64,000 nt of DNA, taken from assembly GCA_963847625.1 (NCBI GenBank), contig CAWKAR010000039.1, positions 186,823 to 250,822 of the forward strand, given 5' to 3'. The position numbers and the translations under genes were made by a program. Source of the DNA: a candidate division FCPU426 bacterium (GTDB taxonomy: Bacteria; Oederibacteriota; Muellerivitia; Muellerivitales; Muellerivitaceae). This document shows, piece after piece, positions 40,493 through 51,147 of the stretch. Positions within the stretch are counted from its first letter, which is position 1. Each line of letters opens with the position of its first letter. The notes below the pieces were generated by a model. That model saw nothing but the letters and a program-made list of their open reading frames with translations, ran no database searches and had not been told where the DNA came from.

Positions 40493-40635
40493 TTATTTCG
40501 GGTAGGAAGGCGCACATAGCCCGGTAGAAAAAAATCCACCTAGTAAAACCCCAGTTGGCAAATCCCTTTTAAATACGGGGTAAAAACTCGCCCTGAATAT
40601 CGAATTATTTTTGAAAAAATATGTAAAAATTTCTT

Positions 40636-40688
40636 TTGACAATACCAAGCCTGGTGGTATATAAACTTTTGTTGTCTAAATATGGTGT
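40636..40688 (+). promoter_or_regulatory. Sigma70 promoter overlapped by two putative NrdR boxes
   Basis: TTGACA at 40636, TGnTATATA -10; ATACCAAGCCTGGTG and GTCTAAATATGGTG with TGGTG ends 31 bp apart, upstream of an RNR gene. Confidence 0.6.
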
Positions 40689-41063
40689 GAAATAACGATT
40701 TTTGGCCAGTTTTGGCGAAATCGGAGCTAAAAAACCAAGTTTAGCCATGATTTTTAGTGCCGTTGGAAATGATAATTAGTCCAGTTTTGGGGGAGATTCC
40801 AGCTGTACTAGCCTTCATCAGGCAAGAAAAAAGGAATAAAGCCGGGATTTGACGTTTGTTTCGATGAAAATACTGTCAGCCCAGTTTTCCCTAACACAGC
40901 CAAGAAGATTGGATGGAAGCCTTGAGAGTTTTGTTCCGCAACTGCCGGCAATATCTTTCGACCTTTTCCATTAACAACCAACAACACCCTAGCCACGCCC
41001 GCTGATGTTAAGGCCCATTAACATCAGGTGGAAATTTTTGGGCCATTTTTAGAAGGAGGATGC

Positions 41064-43844
<2,781 letters not shown>

Positions 43845-43893
43845 TAGATTCTTCCGCTCCCCTTGACAGGGGAGAGGCTTAATTTAGGCCGCG

Positions 43894-43929
43894 AAGGCCC
43901 GCTTTCTTAATTGAAGGCGGGCCTTTTTT
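43894..43929 (+). terminator. Intrinsic terminator after nrdJ
   Basis: AAGGCCCGCTTTC/GAAGGCGGGCCTT plus T run. Confidence 0.8.
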
Positions 43930-43964
43930 ATTTGATTATTCATTTGGGTTAAAGGAATAAATAA

Positions 43965-44894
43965 GTGAGCAAATGGTTGGTCGATACCAATATTTTGTAT
44001 TACATGTCAGAAGACGATTCAATATTAGAAAGATTAAAAGCAATTTGTCCCAATTTGTTTTGGTCAGAAATTTCATTAGAAGAACTTATAGCTGGGGCGG
44101 ACACAGAACAAAAATATGAAATTTTAAAAGATGTTTTTAAGATAACAACTTTTTTAAATCTTATTGTTCCTGATACGCAAAGTTATCTTACTGAAGAATG
44201 GTTTTTAGATCCTTCAACGAATATGGAAGAATATTCTTGTGGTTTAATGAAAGCTGTTGATGGGGTTTTAAAATCTGTAAATTTTGATCAAATAAGATCT
44301 TTAGTGAAAGATTCTAAAGAGTTATGTGAGGCGAAACGAGAAATATTCAATAAAGATTTTTCGGAAATAGTAGAGACGGAAGCGTTGAATTTGCAAAAAG
44401 ATGGAATTAACATTAAAAATGAAGATGTAAGAAATATAAAAATATTAGAAATGTTTTATAGTTTAATTAAGGATGAAAATTTGAAGAAATTATTATTCAG
44501 AATTAAGAAAACTGCATATTCGGTAAAAAATGGTTTACTTAATGATGCGGGTTTCGATGTTAAAAGTTTGCGTGAATTGAGTAATAGAGAAAATTCAATA
44601 AATGTGCCTGAAATTACTGAGCCAGAGTTTTTAGAAAAAAAGAAATATTACGAATGTTATACACGAGTTTATGCGGGTTATTGCGCAAGAAGAATGTACC
44701 AAACATCTAAAAGCAAATATAAAAATGATTCGCATGATTTGGATATTATGAAATATTTATCGCGAGGATTTTCAATAGTCACTTCAGAAAAAAGGTGGGT
44801 AATAATTTGTAAAGCATCGGGACTTATAACGAAATATTTATTCCGAACTGCGAAAGGCATTGATGTTAATTTAATTCAAAATGAAATTCTTTAA
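43965..44894 (+). CDS. PIN-domain-like protein, AT-rich
   Basis: N-terminal LVDTN, SLEEL, NDSHD, IVTSEK acidic PIN-like motifs; far lower GC than flanks. Confidence 0.6.
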   Translation: MSKWLVDTNILYYMSEDDSILERLKAICPNLFWSEISLEELIAGADTEQKYEILKDVFKITTFLNLIVPDTQSYLTEEWFLDPSTNMEEYSCGLMKAVDGVLKSVNFDQIRSLVKDSKELCEAKREIFNKDFSEIVETEALNLQKDGINIKNEDVRNIKILEMFYSLIKDENLKKLLFRIKKTAYSVKNGLLNDAGFDVKSLRELSNRENSINVPEITEPEFLEKKKYYECYTRVYAGYCARRMYQTSKSKYKNDSHDLDIMKYLSRGFSIVTSEKRWVIICKASGLITKYLFRTAKGIDVNLIQNEIL

Positions 44895-44901
44895 TGCTGA
44901 A

Positions 44902-45941
44902 TTCAACCAGTAAGTGCAACACCTTGACTAAAGACCTGCTCCGGCGTTTTGAAACGAAGGCACTTGCGAGGACGATGGTTTAGGATCCGTTCCACGCGTC
45001 GTACATTCGCTGGGGTTATAGTAGCAAAATCCGTTTTCTTGGGATAGAAGCGACGAACAAGACCTGCAGTATTTTCAACACAACCTTTCTCCCAACTGTG
45101 GAAGGGCAAACAAAAGAATGAACGAGTGCCTGAAACACGATTCACCTGGAGATGTTCGACGTTTTCGGAGCCATTGTCGTATGTGATGGTACGGCGGAGG
45201 CCTTTTGAAATCCGAACCAACCGACGGTTGATTGCGGCTCTAGTGTGGAAAGCTGATTTTTGAGGTAGCCAAGCCAGTTTCACCAGACGACTTTTGCGCT
45301 CGACCATAACCAGAAGTGAGGGTTTGCTTTTCCGGGAGATGATGGTGTCGGCCTCCCAGTGCCCGAATTGCTGTCTTGTTTCAACGATAGCTGGTCGTTG
45401 GGTAATGGGAGTACGTTGAGGAATATGGCTTTTGCGATGTTTTTGAGTGTGCCAACGTCGCAAACGTTTTCGATGGGCCCGGGCTAGATGAGGAATGAGG
45501 TTTCGAGCTTCGCAGTAGATGAATTGATAGATGGCTTCATGGGAAACGGAAAGTTTTGGTTTCTCCCGGCGAAGAAAACCGGCAATTTGCTCGGGCGAGA
45601 GTCCACGAGGTATTTCTCGCAGTACTAAACGGCGAATCTCAGGATTTTTAAGCCTTAAATGAGTACGTGAAAGACGGTTTCGGTGTTCTGCACGCATGTG
45701 AGCTCTGGCGGGCAGGTAGCGGCGAGATCGTATAGGAGGGGCGTTGCGCTTCAGTTCTCGGGAAATGCTGGATACATCACGGCCCAGACGGCGTGCGATT
45801 TCCCGAAGGGAGAGGCCTTCAGCATTCCAAACTGAAATTTCTTCACGTTCGGCTAACGACAGATGCTTGTAGGATGATTTCATAGCACTTAGGATAACCC
45901 CCGGGTTCTGCCGGGTCTAAGTGTTGCACTTCGTTATTGAA
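44902..45941 (-). mobile_element. IS30-family insertion sequence
   Basis: Imperfect terminal IRs TTCAA-N5-AAGTGCAACAC at both ends; transposase inside; exact ends uncertain by a few bp. Confidence 0.9.
44903..45883 (-). CDS. IS30 transposase
   Basis: HTH SLREIARRLGR, GHWEADT, TYDNGSE, WEKGCVEN, NHRPRKCL. Confidence 0.95.
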   Translation of the reverse strand: MKSSYKHLSLAEREEISVWNAEGLSLREIARRLGRDVSSISRELKRNAPPIRSRRYLPARAHMRAEHRNRLSRTHLRLKNPEIRRLVLREIPRGLSPEQIAGFLRREKPKLSVSHEAIYQFIYCEARNLIPHLARAHRKRLRRWHTQKHRKSHIPQRTPITQRPAIVETRQQFGHWEADTIISRKSKPSLLVMVERKSRLVKLAWLPQKSAFHTRAAINRRLVRISKGLRRTITYDNGSENVEHLQVNRVSGTRSFFCLPFHSWEKGCVENTAGLVRRFYPKKTDFATITPANVRRVERILNHRPRKCLRFKTPEQVFSQGVALTG

Positions 45942-46009
45942 CTGGGGAATTTATAAATAATACTTTGTTTTTTGTGACCATTTTATTCATATGTAGGTTT
46001 TATAAATTT

Positions 46010-46597
46010 TTATGACTGTTTCCTAACGATTGTCTTCCCAATTGAAAACGCCGCACCGAGCTTTTCACCGACGGCGAAGTAGTGGTTGCCCTCGAAGCCG
46101 CCGTAGAGAATTGCCTGGACCTTCTCGATATCCGGAAATCCCTTCGGGCCAAGGACATCCTCGTCGGCGAGAATGCCCAGGATCTCCCCGATGAAGATCG
46201 TATGTAATCCGAGCTTATGGTGCTGAAAAAGCCTGCATTCAAGGGAATACGGAAATTCGGCGGCCAGTGGGGCGTTGACCTTTTCGCTCTTGAGCGGGGT
46301 GAGACCGGTTTCCTTGAACTTGTCATGATCCCGTCCTGAGACGAGGCCGACGTAGTCGGCGATCTTGACGTGTTTCCGGGAGGGAATACCGACGGTGAAC
46401 GCCTTGCTGTGCAGGATGTTGTGGTAGGTGAGCGTCGCTTCGCGCAACGACACAGCCACGCACGGCGGGGTGCTGCAGCAGATGCCGCCCCAGGCTGCGT
46501 TCATGAGATTCGGTTTCCCATCCACCCCATAGGTGCCGATAAGCAGAACGGGATGGGGATGAAGGATGGTGTTAGGTTCGAGCGCGATTTTTTTCAT
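46010..46597 (-). CDS. Flavin reductase-like (flavoredoxin) protein
   Basis: ATG 46597 after GGAGG; GKPNLMNAAWGG, SGRDHDKF, LECRL, HTIFIGEI. Confidence 0.88.
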   Translation of the reverse strand: MKKIALEPNTILHPHPVLLIGTYGVDGKPNLMNAAWGGICCSTPPCVAVSLREATLTYHNILHSKAFTVGIPSRKHVKIADYVGLVSGRDHDKFKETGLTPLKSEKVNAPLAAEFPYSLECRLFQHHKLGLHTIFIGEILGILADEDVLGPKGFPDIEKVQAILYGGFEGNHYFAVGEKLGAAFSIGKTIVRKQS

Positions 46598-46702
46598 GGG
46601 CACCTCCGAGTGAATTAGGTCAAACCGGATATACCCTGACCTTTCCCCCGAAAACTGATCCAAAAATATGTTAGTTTTGGATTATAGATCGGGAGGGGAA
46701 AG

Positions 46703-46972
46703 ATGGCAAAGAAACGGTTTTTATCTGAGCAGATAGTGGCTATTCTCCGCGAGGCGGAGAAAGCTCCCGCCGTTGAGGAAGTTCTCCGAAAGCATGGCAT
46801 TTCCGAGCAGACTTACTACCGCTGGAAACGCATGTACGGAAGCCTTGGAGTTTCCGAAGTCCACCGCATCAAACAGCTGGAAGAAGAAAACCGGAAACTC
46901 AAGCAGTTAGCGGGTGATCAGGCCCTGGCTATTCAGGTTCTCCAAGAGCACATAAAAAAAAAGGGGTATTGA
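46703..46972 (+). CDS. IS3 OrfA
   Basis: HGISEQTYYRWK, LEEENRKLK; A9-G slippery site at 46954-46963. Confidence 0.92.
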   Translation: MAKKRFLSEQIVAILREAEKAPAVEEVLRKHGISEQTYYRWKRMYGSLGVSEVHRIKQLEEENRKLKQLAGDQALAIQVLQEHIKKKGY

Positions 46973-47799
46973 TCGAGGAGCAAAAAGGCATGGTGGAAGC
47001 CCTGAAGGCTCAGGAAGTACCGGAAAGACGAGCCTGTGATGTTCTTGGGGTAAATCGATCGAGTTTTCGATATGAGGCCCAGCCAGAAGATCCGTTGAAC
47101 CAGGTGATCCTGCAGGAAATGGTTAAGTTAGCGCAAAGAAACCGACGTTTCGGAAGCCCTCGGATGTTGTGGATGTTGGAACGCAGAGGCCTTGATGTGA
47201 ATCACAAGCGGGTGGAGAGGCTCTACCAGGTAGCAGGGCTTCAATTACCGCGCAGGAGACCCAGGAAGAAGAGGGTTCCGACGGAATGGAGAAGGCCCCA
47301 CCCGGCTTTGGGTTCCAACGAGGTGTGGACGATGGACTTCGTGCATGACCTGACATGGTTCGGGGGAAAGGTGAAGTTTTTGACGGTGTTGGATGAAGGA
47401 TTTAGGGAATGCTTGGAGATCCGGGCGGAGAAGCGAATGAGAAGCCGGGACGTGCTGGAGACGCTGGACGAGTTGATGACGGAGTACGGGACACCAAAGT
47501 GCCTGCGGGTGGACAACGGGCCAGAGTTCGTGGCGAAAGAACTGAGGAACTGGCTTGAGGAGAAGGGCGTAGAGGTGCTATATATCGAACCAGGGAGTCC
47601 ATGGCAGAATGGATTCATCGAAAGTTTCAACGGAAAGTTTAGGGATGAGTGCCTGAACCAAGAAATTTTTCTTTCAAAAGCGGAGGCCCAGGTAGTCGTG
47701 GATTGGTGGAGGCAGGTGTATAACTGGCAGAGACCGCACAGCAGTTTGGGGGGAAAAACCCCAATGGAAGCAAAGGCCGAAAAGTTGGGCCTTAACTAA
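46969..47799 (+). CDS. IS3 OrfB (DDE integrase core), -1 frame to OrfA
   Basis: WTMDFV, DNGPEF, PGSPWQNGFIESFNGKFRDECLN. Confidence 0.95.
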   Translation: MIEEQKGMVEALKAQEVPERRACDVLGVNRSSFRYEAQPEDPLNQVILQEMVKLAQRNRRFGSPRMLWMLERRGLDVNHKRVERLYQVAGLQLPRRRPRKKRVPTEWRRPHPALGSNEVWTMDFVHDLTWFGGKVKFLTVLDEGFRECLEIRAEKRMRSRDVLETLDELMTEYGTPKCLRVDNGPEFVAKELRNWLEEKGVEVLYIEPGSPWQNGFIESFNGKFRDECLNQEIFLSKAEAQVVVDWWRQVYNWQRPHSSLGGKTPMEAKAEKLGLN

Positions 47800-47960
47800 C
47801 TTAAATTTGGATCAAACATTGGGGGAAGGTCAACCCACTTTACCATGGTATGGAGTCAAGGGCGTTGTATTCGATACCCTAGGCGGCCGCCTTGAATGCC
47901 TTGAGTCGTTTTCCGATCTCATCACGGGTACGGCGGACGGCCATATCCACTTTGATCCGA

Positions 47961-48003
47961 ACAAAAGAACCCAGCTTGGGACCAAGCCGGGTTCTTTTGT
48001 TTT
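47961..48003. terminator. Bidirectional intrinsic terminator
   Basis: ACAAAAGAACCC..GCTTGG/CCAAGC..GGGTTCTTTTGT; related hairpin at 56101. Confidence 0.75.
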
Positions 48004-48016
48004 GTTTGAAAAAATC

Positions 48017-48889
48017 TTACGGTTGTTCCGGGGCGAAGCTGAGGTCCGGGAAGGGGTTGGGCCTCGGGGTCTTCGAGAAGTCGTAATAGATGACCACGGC
48101 CTGGTCGAGGGAATACATCCCCCGGTTGTAGTTGAATTCCACCTGGACTGTGGGGTGGGATTCGCGCTCGCCCATGCCCGTGCCGGCCTGCTCCTCGGGT
48201 TCCGCTTTTTTCATTTCCCTATCCATCATTGCCCCCGCGCACGCTGGCGCGTTCGATAAACTTTCGCAGGATTTGGCGCGGGAAGTGGAATATGGGTAAG
48301 GATGTTGGGAATAACGGTAGATCGGGTGGGTGTCGTAATACTGGTTCAATTCGTCCTGGTTCCAAAAGTAGGCCGCGCCGATCACCCCGCAGTTGGCCGC
48401 CAGGTCTTTCCCCATCTCATCCCCGCGCCATTGGGCGTAGGACTTGGGCTTATCCGTGAAGAAGAAACGCCGGGCATCCTCGCCGCTCACCTGCCAGCCC
48501 GGTATCGTGACGGAACTATAGGGGTCGATCATCCATTTTTGGCCGTCCGAGATTCCGCTGGGCTTGCCGGTGATGGAATTGAGGCCGTCCACCGTCAGGT
48601 TCACGGCCACGCGCACGGGAAGGGGATTGTAGAGCCGGACCGAGTAATTCTCCCCCCTGGAGGCGGTGATAAAGGGCCGCCCGTTCCGGTAGGTCTCGGG
48701 CTTGACCCCCTCGTTATCGCTCACGATTTCCACCCTGAAGCTGTAGGGCTGGCGCCTAGTCTCGTGTACCAATCCCTCGTCTTCCATAATCGCGAGGCGG
48801 TATTTGACGTCTTGTTGCTTGGTGGCGGCCTGGGTGTTTGAGGCCCCCAAAGCCAGAAGCGCAATCAGAAGCATCTTGTTGAATCGCAT
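48017..48889 (-). CDS. Hypothetical secreted protein
   Basis: ATG 48889 after AGGAG; signal peptide; YSVRLYN..RVAVNLTVDGLN, IPGWQ, GVIGAAYF. Confidence 0.75.
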   Translation of the reverse strand: MRFNKMLLIALLALGASNTQAATKQQDVKYRLAIMEDEGLVHETRRQPYSFRVEIVSDNEGVKPETYRNGRPFITASRGENYSVRLYNPLPVRVAVNLTVDGLNSITGKPSGISDGQKWMIDPYSSVTIPGWQVSGEDARRFFFTDKPKSYAQWRGDEMGKDLAANCGVIGAAYFWNQDELNQYYDTHPIYRYSQHPYPYSTSRAKSCESLSNAPACAGAMMDREMKKAEPEEQAGTGMGERESHPTVQVEFNYNRGMYSLDQAVVIYYDFSKTPRPNPFPDLSFAPEQP

Positions 48890-48931
48890 GATGATTCTCC
48901 TTATTTGATGTTTTGAACTGCCTATACCCCA

Positions 48932-48959
48932 TTGGACACAGCTCCTCCGAAAAAGTTCC
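48932..48959 (-). promoter_or_regulatory. SigmaE-like ECF promoter
   Basis: GGAACT-N16-GTCCAA about 40 nt upstream of the ATG. Confidence 0.5.
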
Positions 48960-48970
48960 CGGTATGGATA

Positions 48971-49109
48971 AAAGCAAAACCATGTCTTAGCCACGGATGT
49001 GCCGATTTTCATAAATGAAATAATGTTTAATTGAAATCGGTACGATACCAGCCTCATTAAAAGCTTCATTGATGGCTGGCATGCAGGGGATTCATGGGAT
49101 TGGCTTAAA
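48971..49109 (-). repeat. Fourth copy (D) of the double-hairpin element with flanks
   Basis: Reverse complement aligns to 32654-32768 over ~115 nt. Confidence 0.8.
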
Positions 49110-49194
49110 TTCCTACAAATAGGGGCCTATCGATAACCCATTTTCCTGGAGGAATGGCTGGATAACCTGGTAAACGGGGCTGGGAACTCGGGAA

Positions 49195-49272
49195 CGGGTT
49201 CGACGAGGGCTTCGACTGAGGGCCTCGACTGAGCTCGGCCGAAGTCCTCAGCCGAATGTTCTCACCGCAGGC
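49195..49272. repeat. Nested REP-like palindrome
   Basis: GGTTCGAC..[TTCGACTGAGG..[CTCGACTGAG/CTCGGCCGAAG]..CCTCAGCCGAA]..CTCACCGCAGGC; related element at 52933. Confidence 0.55.
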
Positions 49273-49513
49273 TGGCCGATAACCCGGGAACCCGAGAACT
49301 GGCCGATAACCCGAGAACTAGCCGATAACCCGATAACCCGAGAACTGGCCGATAACCCGATAACCCGGGAACTGGCCGAGAACCAAGGAATTCGAAAACC
49401 CAGGAACCCGAGAACTGGCCGAGAACCAAGGAATTCGAGAACGCAGGAACCCAGGAACTGCCCGAGAACCAGCCAATAACCCGAGAACTAGTCGAGAACC
49501 TAGTAAACGGGGC
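49272..49513 (+). repeat. Degenerate short tandem array of CCGA(G/T)AAC / GGAAC units
   Basis: Many 8-11 nt units such as GAGAACTGGCCGATAACCC. Confidence 0.85.
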
Positions 49514-49574
49514 CGGTAACACCTACCGCATCAACGTGCCGCCTACCGGCATGGGAGGATAACCCGCCCACATC

Positions 49575-49998
49575 CCTGCCCGCATTTCCTAGATCTCCTG
49601 CCCGCAGGTGCCGGTAGTCCTGCCCGCAGGGTCGAGTGCCCTGCCCGCAGAAGTCGGTAGTCCTGCCCGCAGAAACCCACCGGGTGCCCTGCCCGCAGGT
49701 CCGGAAACCCTGCCCGCAGGTCCGGAAACCCTGCCCGCAGAAGCCGGTAGTCCTGCCCGCAGGTGCCGGAATCCCTGCCCGCAGGTCCGGAATCCCTGCC
49801 CGCAGAAACCGGGTGCCCTGCCCGCAGGTCCGGAAACCCTGCCCGCAGAAGCCGGTAGTCCTGCCCGCAGGTTTCCAGGGTCCTGCCCGCAGGTCCCTGA
49901 GCCCTGCCCGCAGGGTCGAGTGCCCTGCCCGCAGAAGTCGGTAGTCCTGCCCGCAGAGGCCGGTAGTCCTGCCCACAGGAGCTGGTGCCCTGCCCGCA
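49575..49998 (+). repeat. 20-unit CCTGCCCGCAG array with 10-15 nt variable linkers
   Basis: Core counted 20 times; period mostly 21-22 nt. Confidence 0.92.
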
Positions 49999-50185
49999 TG
50001 GGTGTTTCCATCTGTCGAATAGGCGGTCTACCTGTCGGAATGGACTGGCGAACCTGTCGGAAAGGCGGTTCTGCCTATTCGGCAGCCACTCACCGCAATG
50101 AAAGAAGGGGCAAAAAATAAAAGGGTTTTCGACAGTCGGATTTCTTGGTGTAAGGGGCTTGGCCAATAATCGGCGCGAAGTCTAA

Positions 50186-50557
50186 CTAAACTATTTTACA
50201 GGGGATAAGCTCGTCCTCGTTCACGGAATAAACCGCGCAGAGGCGGTGATAGCCGTCCGCGATGACCACCTTGCCGTTCTGGAGGTCCCGGACCAGCAGG
50301 AGCGGCAAGAGGGATTTCCCGTCCTTGATTTTTTGCTGGTCCTTGGCGACGTGGTAATTGCTGACGCCCAGGAGCGACAGCCCCGAGGCCCGGAAGATGT
50401 CCTTGGCCTTGAACTGGGTCACCTTGGCGTCCTTGAGTTTTTTGACCAGACCGATGGCTTCGGCCTCGGTATGGAGAAGGCTTAAGTAGGATTGCGCCGC
50501 GGGATAGTCCTTATCCTCGGGTTCCGTGAACCATTGAATCTGAGATTTATCAGACAT
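50186..50557 (-). CDS. Stand-alone ParB/sulfiredoxin-fold protein
   Basis: PLLLVR...VVIADGYHRL motif; RBS AGGAGG; no HTH domain. Confidence 0.7.
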   Translation of the reverse strand: MSDKSQIQWFTEPEDKDYPAAQSYLSLLHTEAEAIGLVKKLKDAKVTQFKAKDIFRASGLSLLGVSNYHVAKDQQKIKDGKSLLPLLLVRDLQNGKVVIADGYHRLCAVYSVNEDELIPCKIV

Positions 50558-50588
50558 TTTCAGCCTCCTTTATGTATGGGGGGGGTGA

Positions 50589-50972
50589 TTATGGCTTAAA
50601 TGAAGAAGGCTTTGAATCGCGCCGCAAAAGTGAACTTGATACATAAAGAATTCCCGGTATTAACTGAAGGAGATAAAACGGGGAAAATTTCATATTTCCT
50701 ATTCCTGTGTGATCCAGGAAAAAGCATGAGAAAAAACAGCCCATTCCACCAAGCGCGATGATCCCGCCCGCGAGCTCTTTTCGCCAACCGACAAGAATAC
50801 CGGCCATGAATATTGCCATTGAGAGCAACTCGAGATTTTTAATCAATAGAAGAGAAAAAGGATTCGGTATTCCTTCCCCAATCAGCATTACCAGAAAAAA
50901 TAACACCAACAAGGTGCCCAGGATACGGGCTGTCCATCGGCACACGGCCGCGATTAGATGAGGTCGTTCCAT
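50589..50972 (-). CDS. Small 4-TM membrane protein
   Basis: RWTARILG, GWRKELAGG, hydrophobic helices. Confidence 0.7.
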   Translation of the reverse strand: MERPHLIAAVCRWTARILGTLLVLFFLVMLIGEGIPNPFSLLLIKNLELLSMAIFMAGILVGWRKELAGGIIALGGMGCFFSCFFLDHTGIGNMKFSPFYLLQLIPGILYVSSSLLRRDSKPSSFKP

Positions 50973-51147
50973 ATTGCCATCCTTGGATTCGAAGATACTT
51001 GCACTATTTCCATAAAGTGACAGGTTGAGTCAATGATATACCACTTCGTTGTTGATGGGATTATCTTTTAACCAGTAGGGCCGTCAATATCGTTAATTCA
51101 AAATTTAAAATTAAGAATTTAAAATTCCCATCCCTTACGGGATGGGC

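Larger units (their letters stand above)
46637..47832 (+). mobile_element. IS3-family IS (IS407-group-like), intact
   Basis: TGACCTTTCCCCC...GGGGGAAGGTCA IRs with TG..CA ends; 4-bp ACCC target duplication at 46633-36 and 47833-36. Confidence 0.95.

Noticed and set aside
40930..40950. Cobalamin riboswitch upstream of nrdJ (CCGCAACTG)
   Set aside because: Only a short match; the GGGAA junction and other conserved helices were not found.
48890..49069. N-terminal extension of the 350-aa ORF
   Set aside because: Overlaps the promoter and hairpin element D; RBS and signal peptide indicate a start at 48889.
49575..49998. CRISPR or TIGR-type guide array
   Set aside because: Repeat is only 11 nt, linkers are 10-15 nt and reused, and no cas or Nop-domain gene is visible in the window.
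49500..50166. Cys-rich CGQ/LRAG/PAGR repeat ORFs on both strands
   Set aside because: All frames are open because the GC-rich repeat lacks stops; mixed 21/22/26-nt units shift the frame, so no consistent peptide repeat.
51095..51127. AT-rich heptamer-like run AATTCAAAATTTAAAATT
   Set aside because: Too short and low-complexity to support a function.
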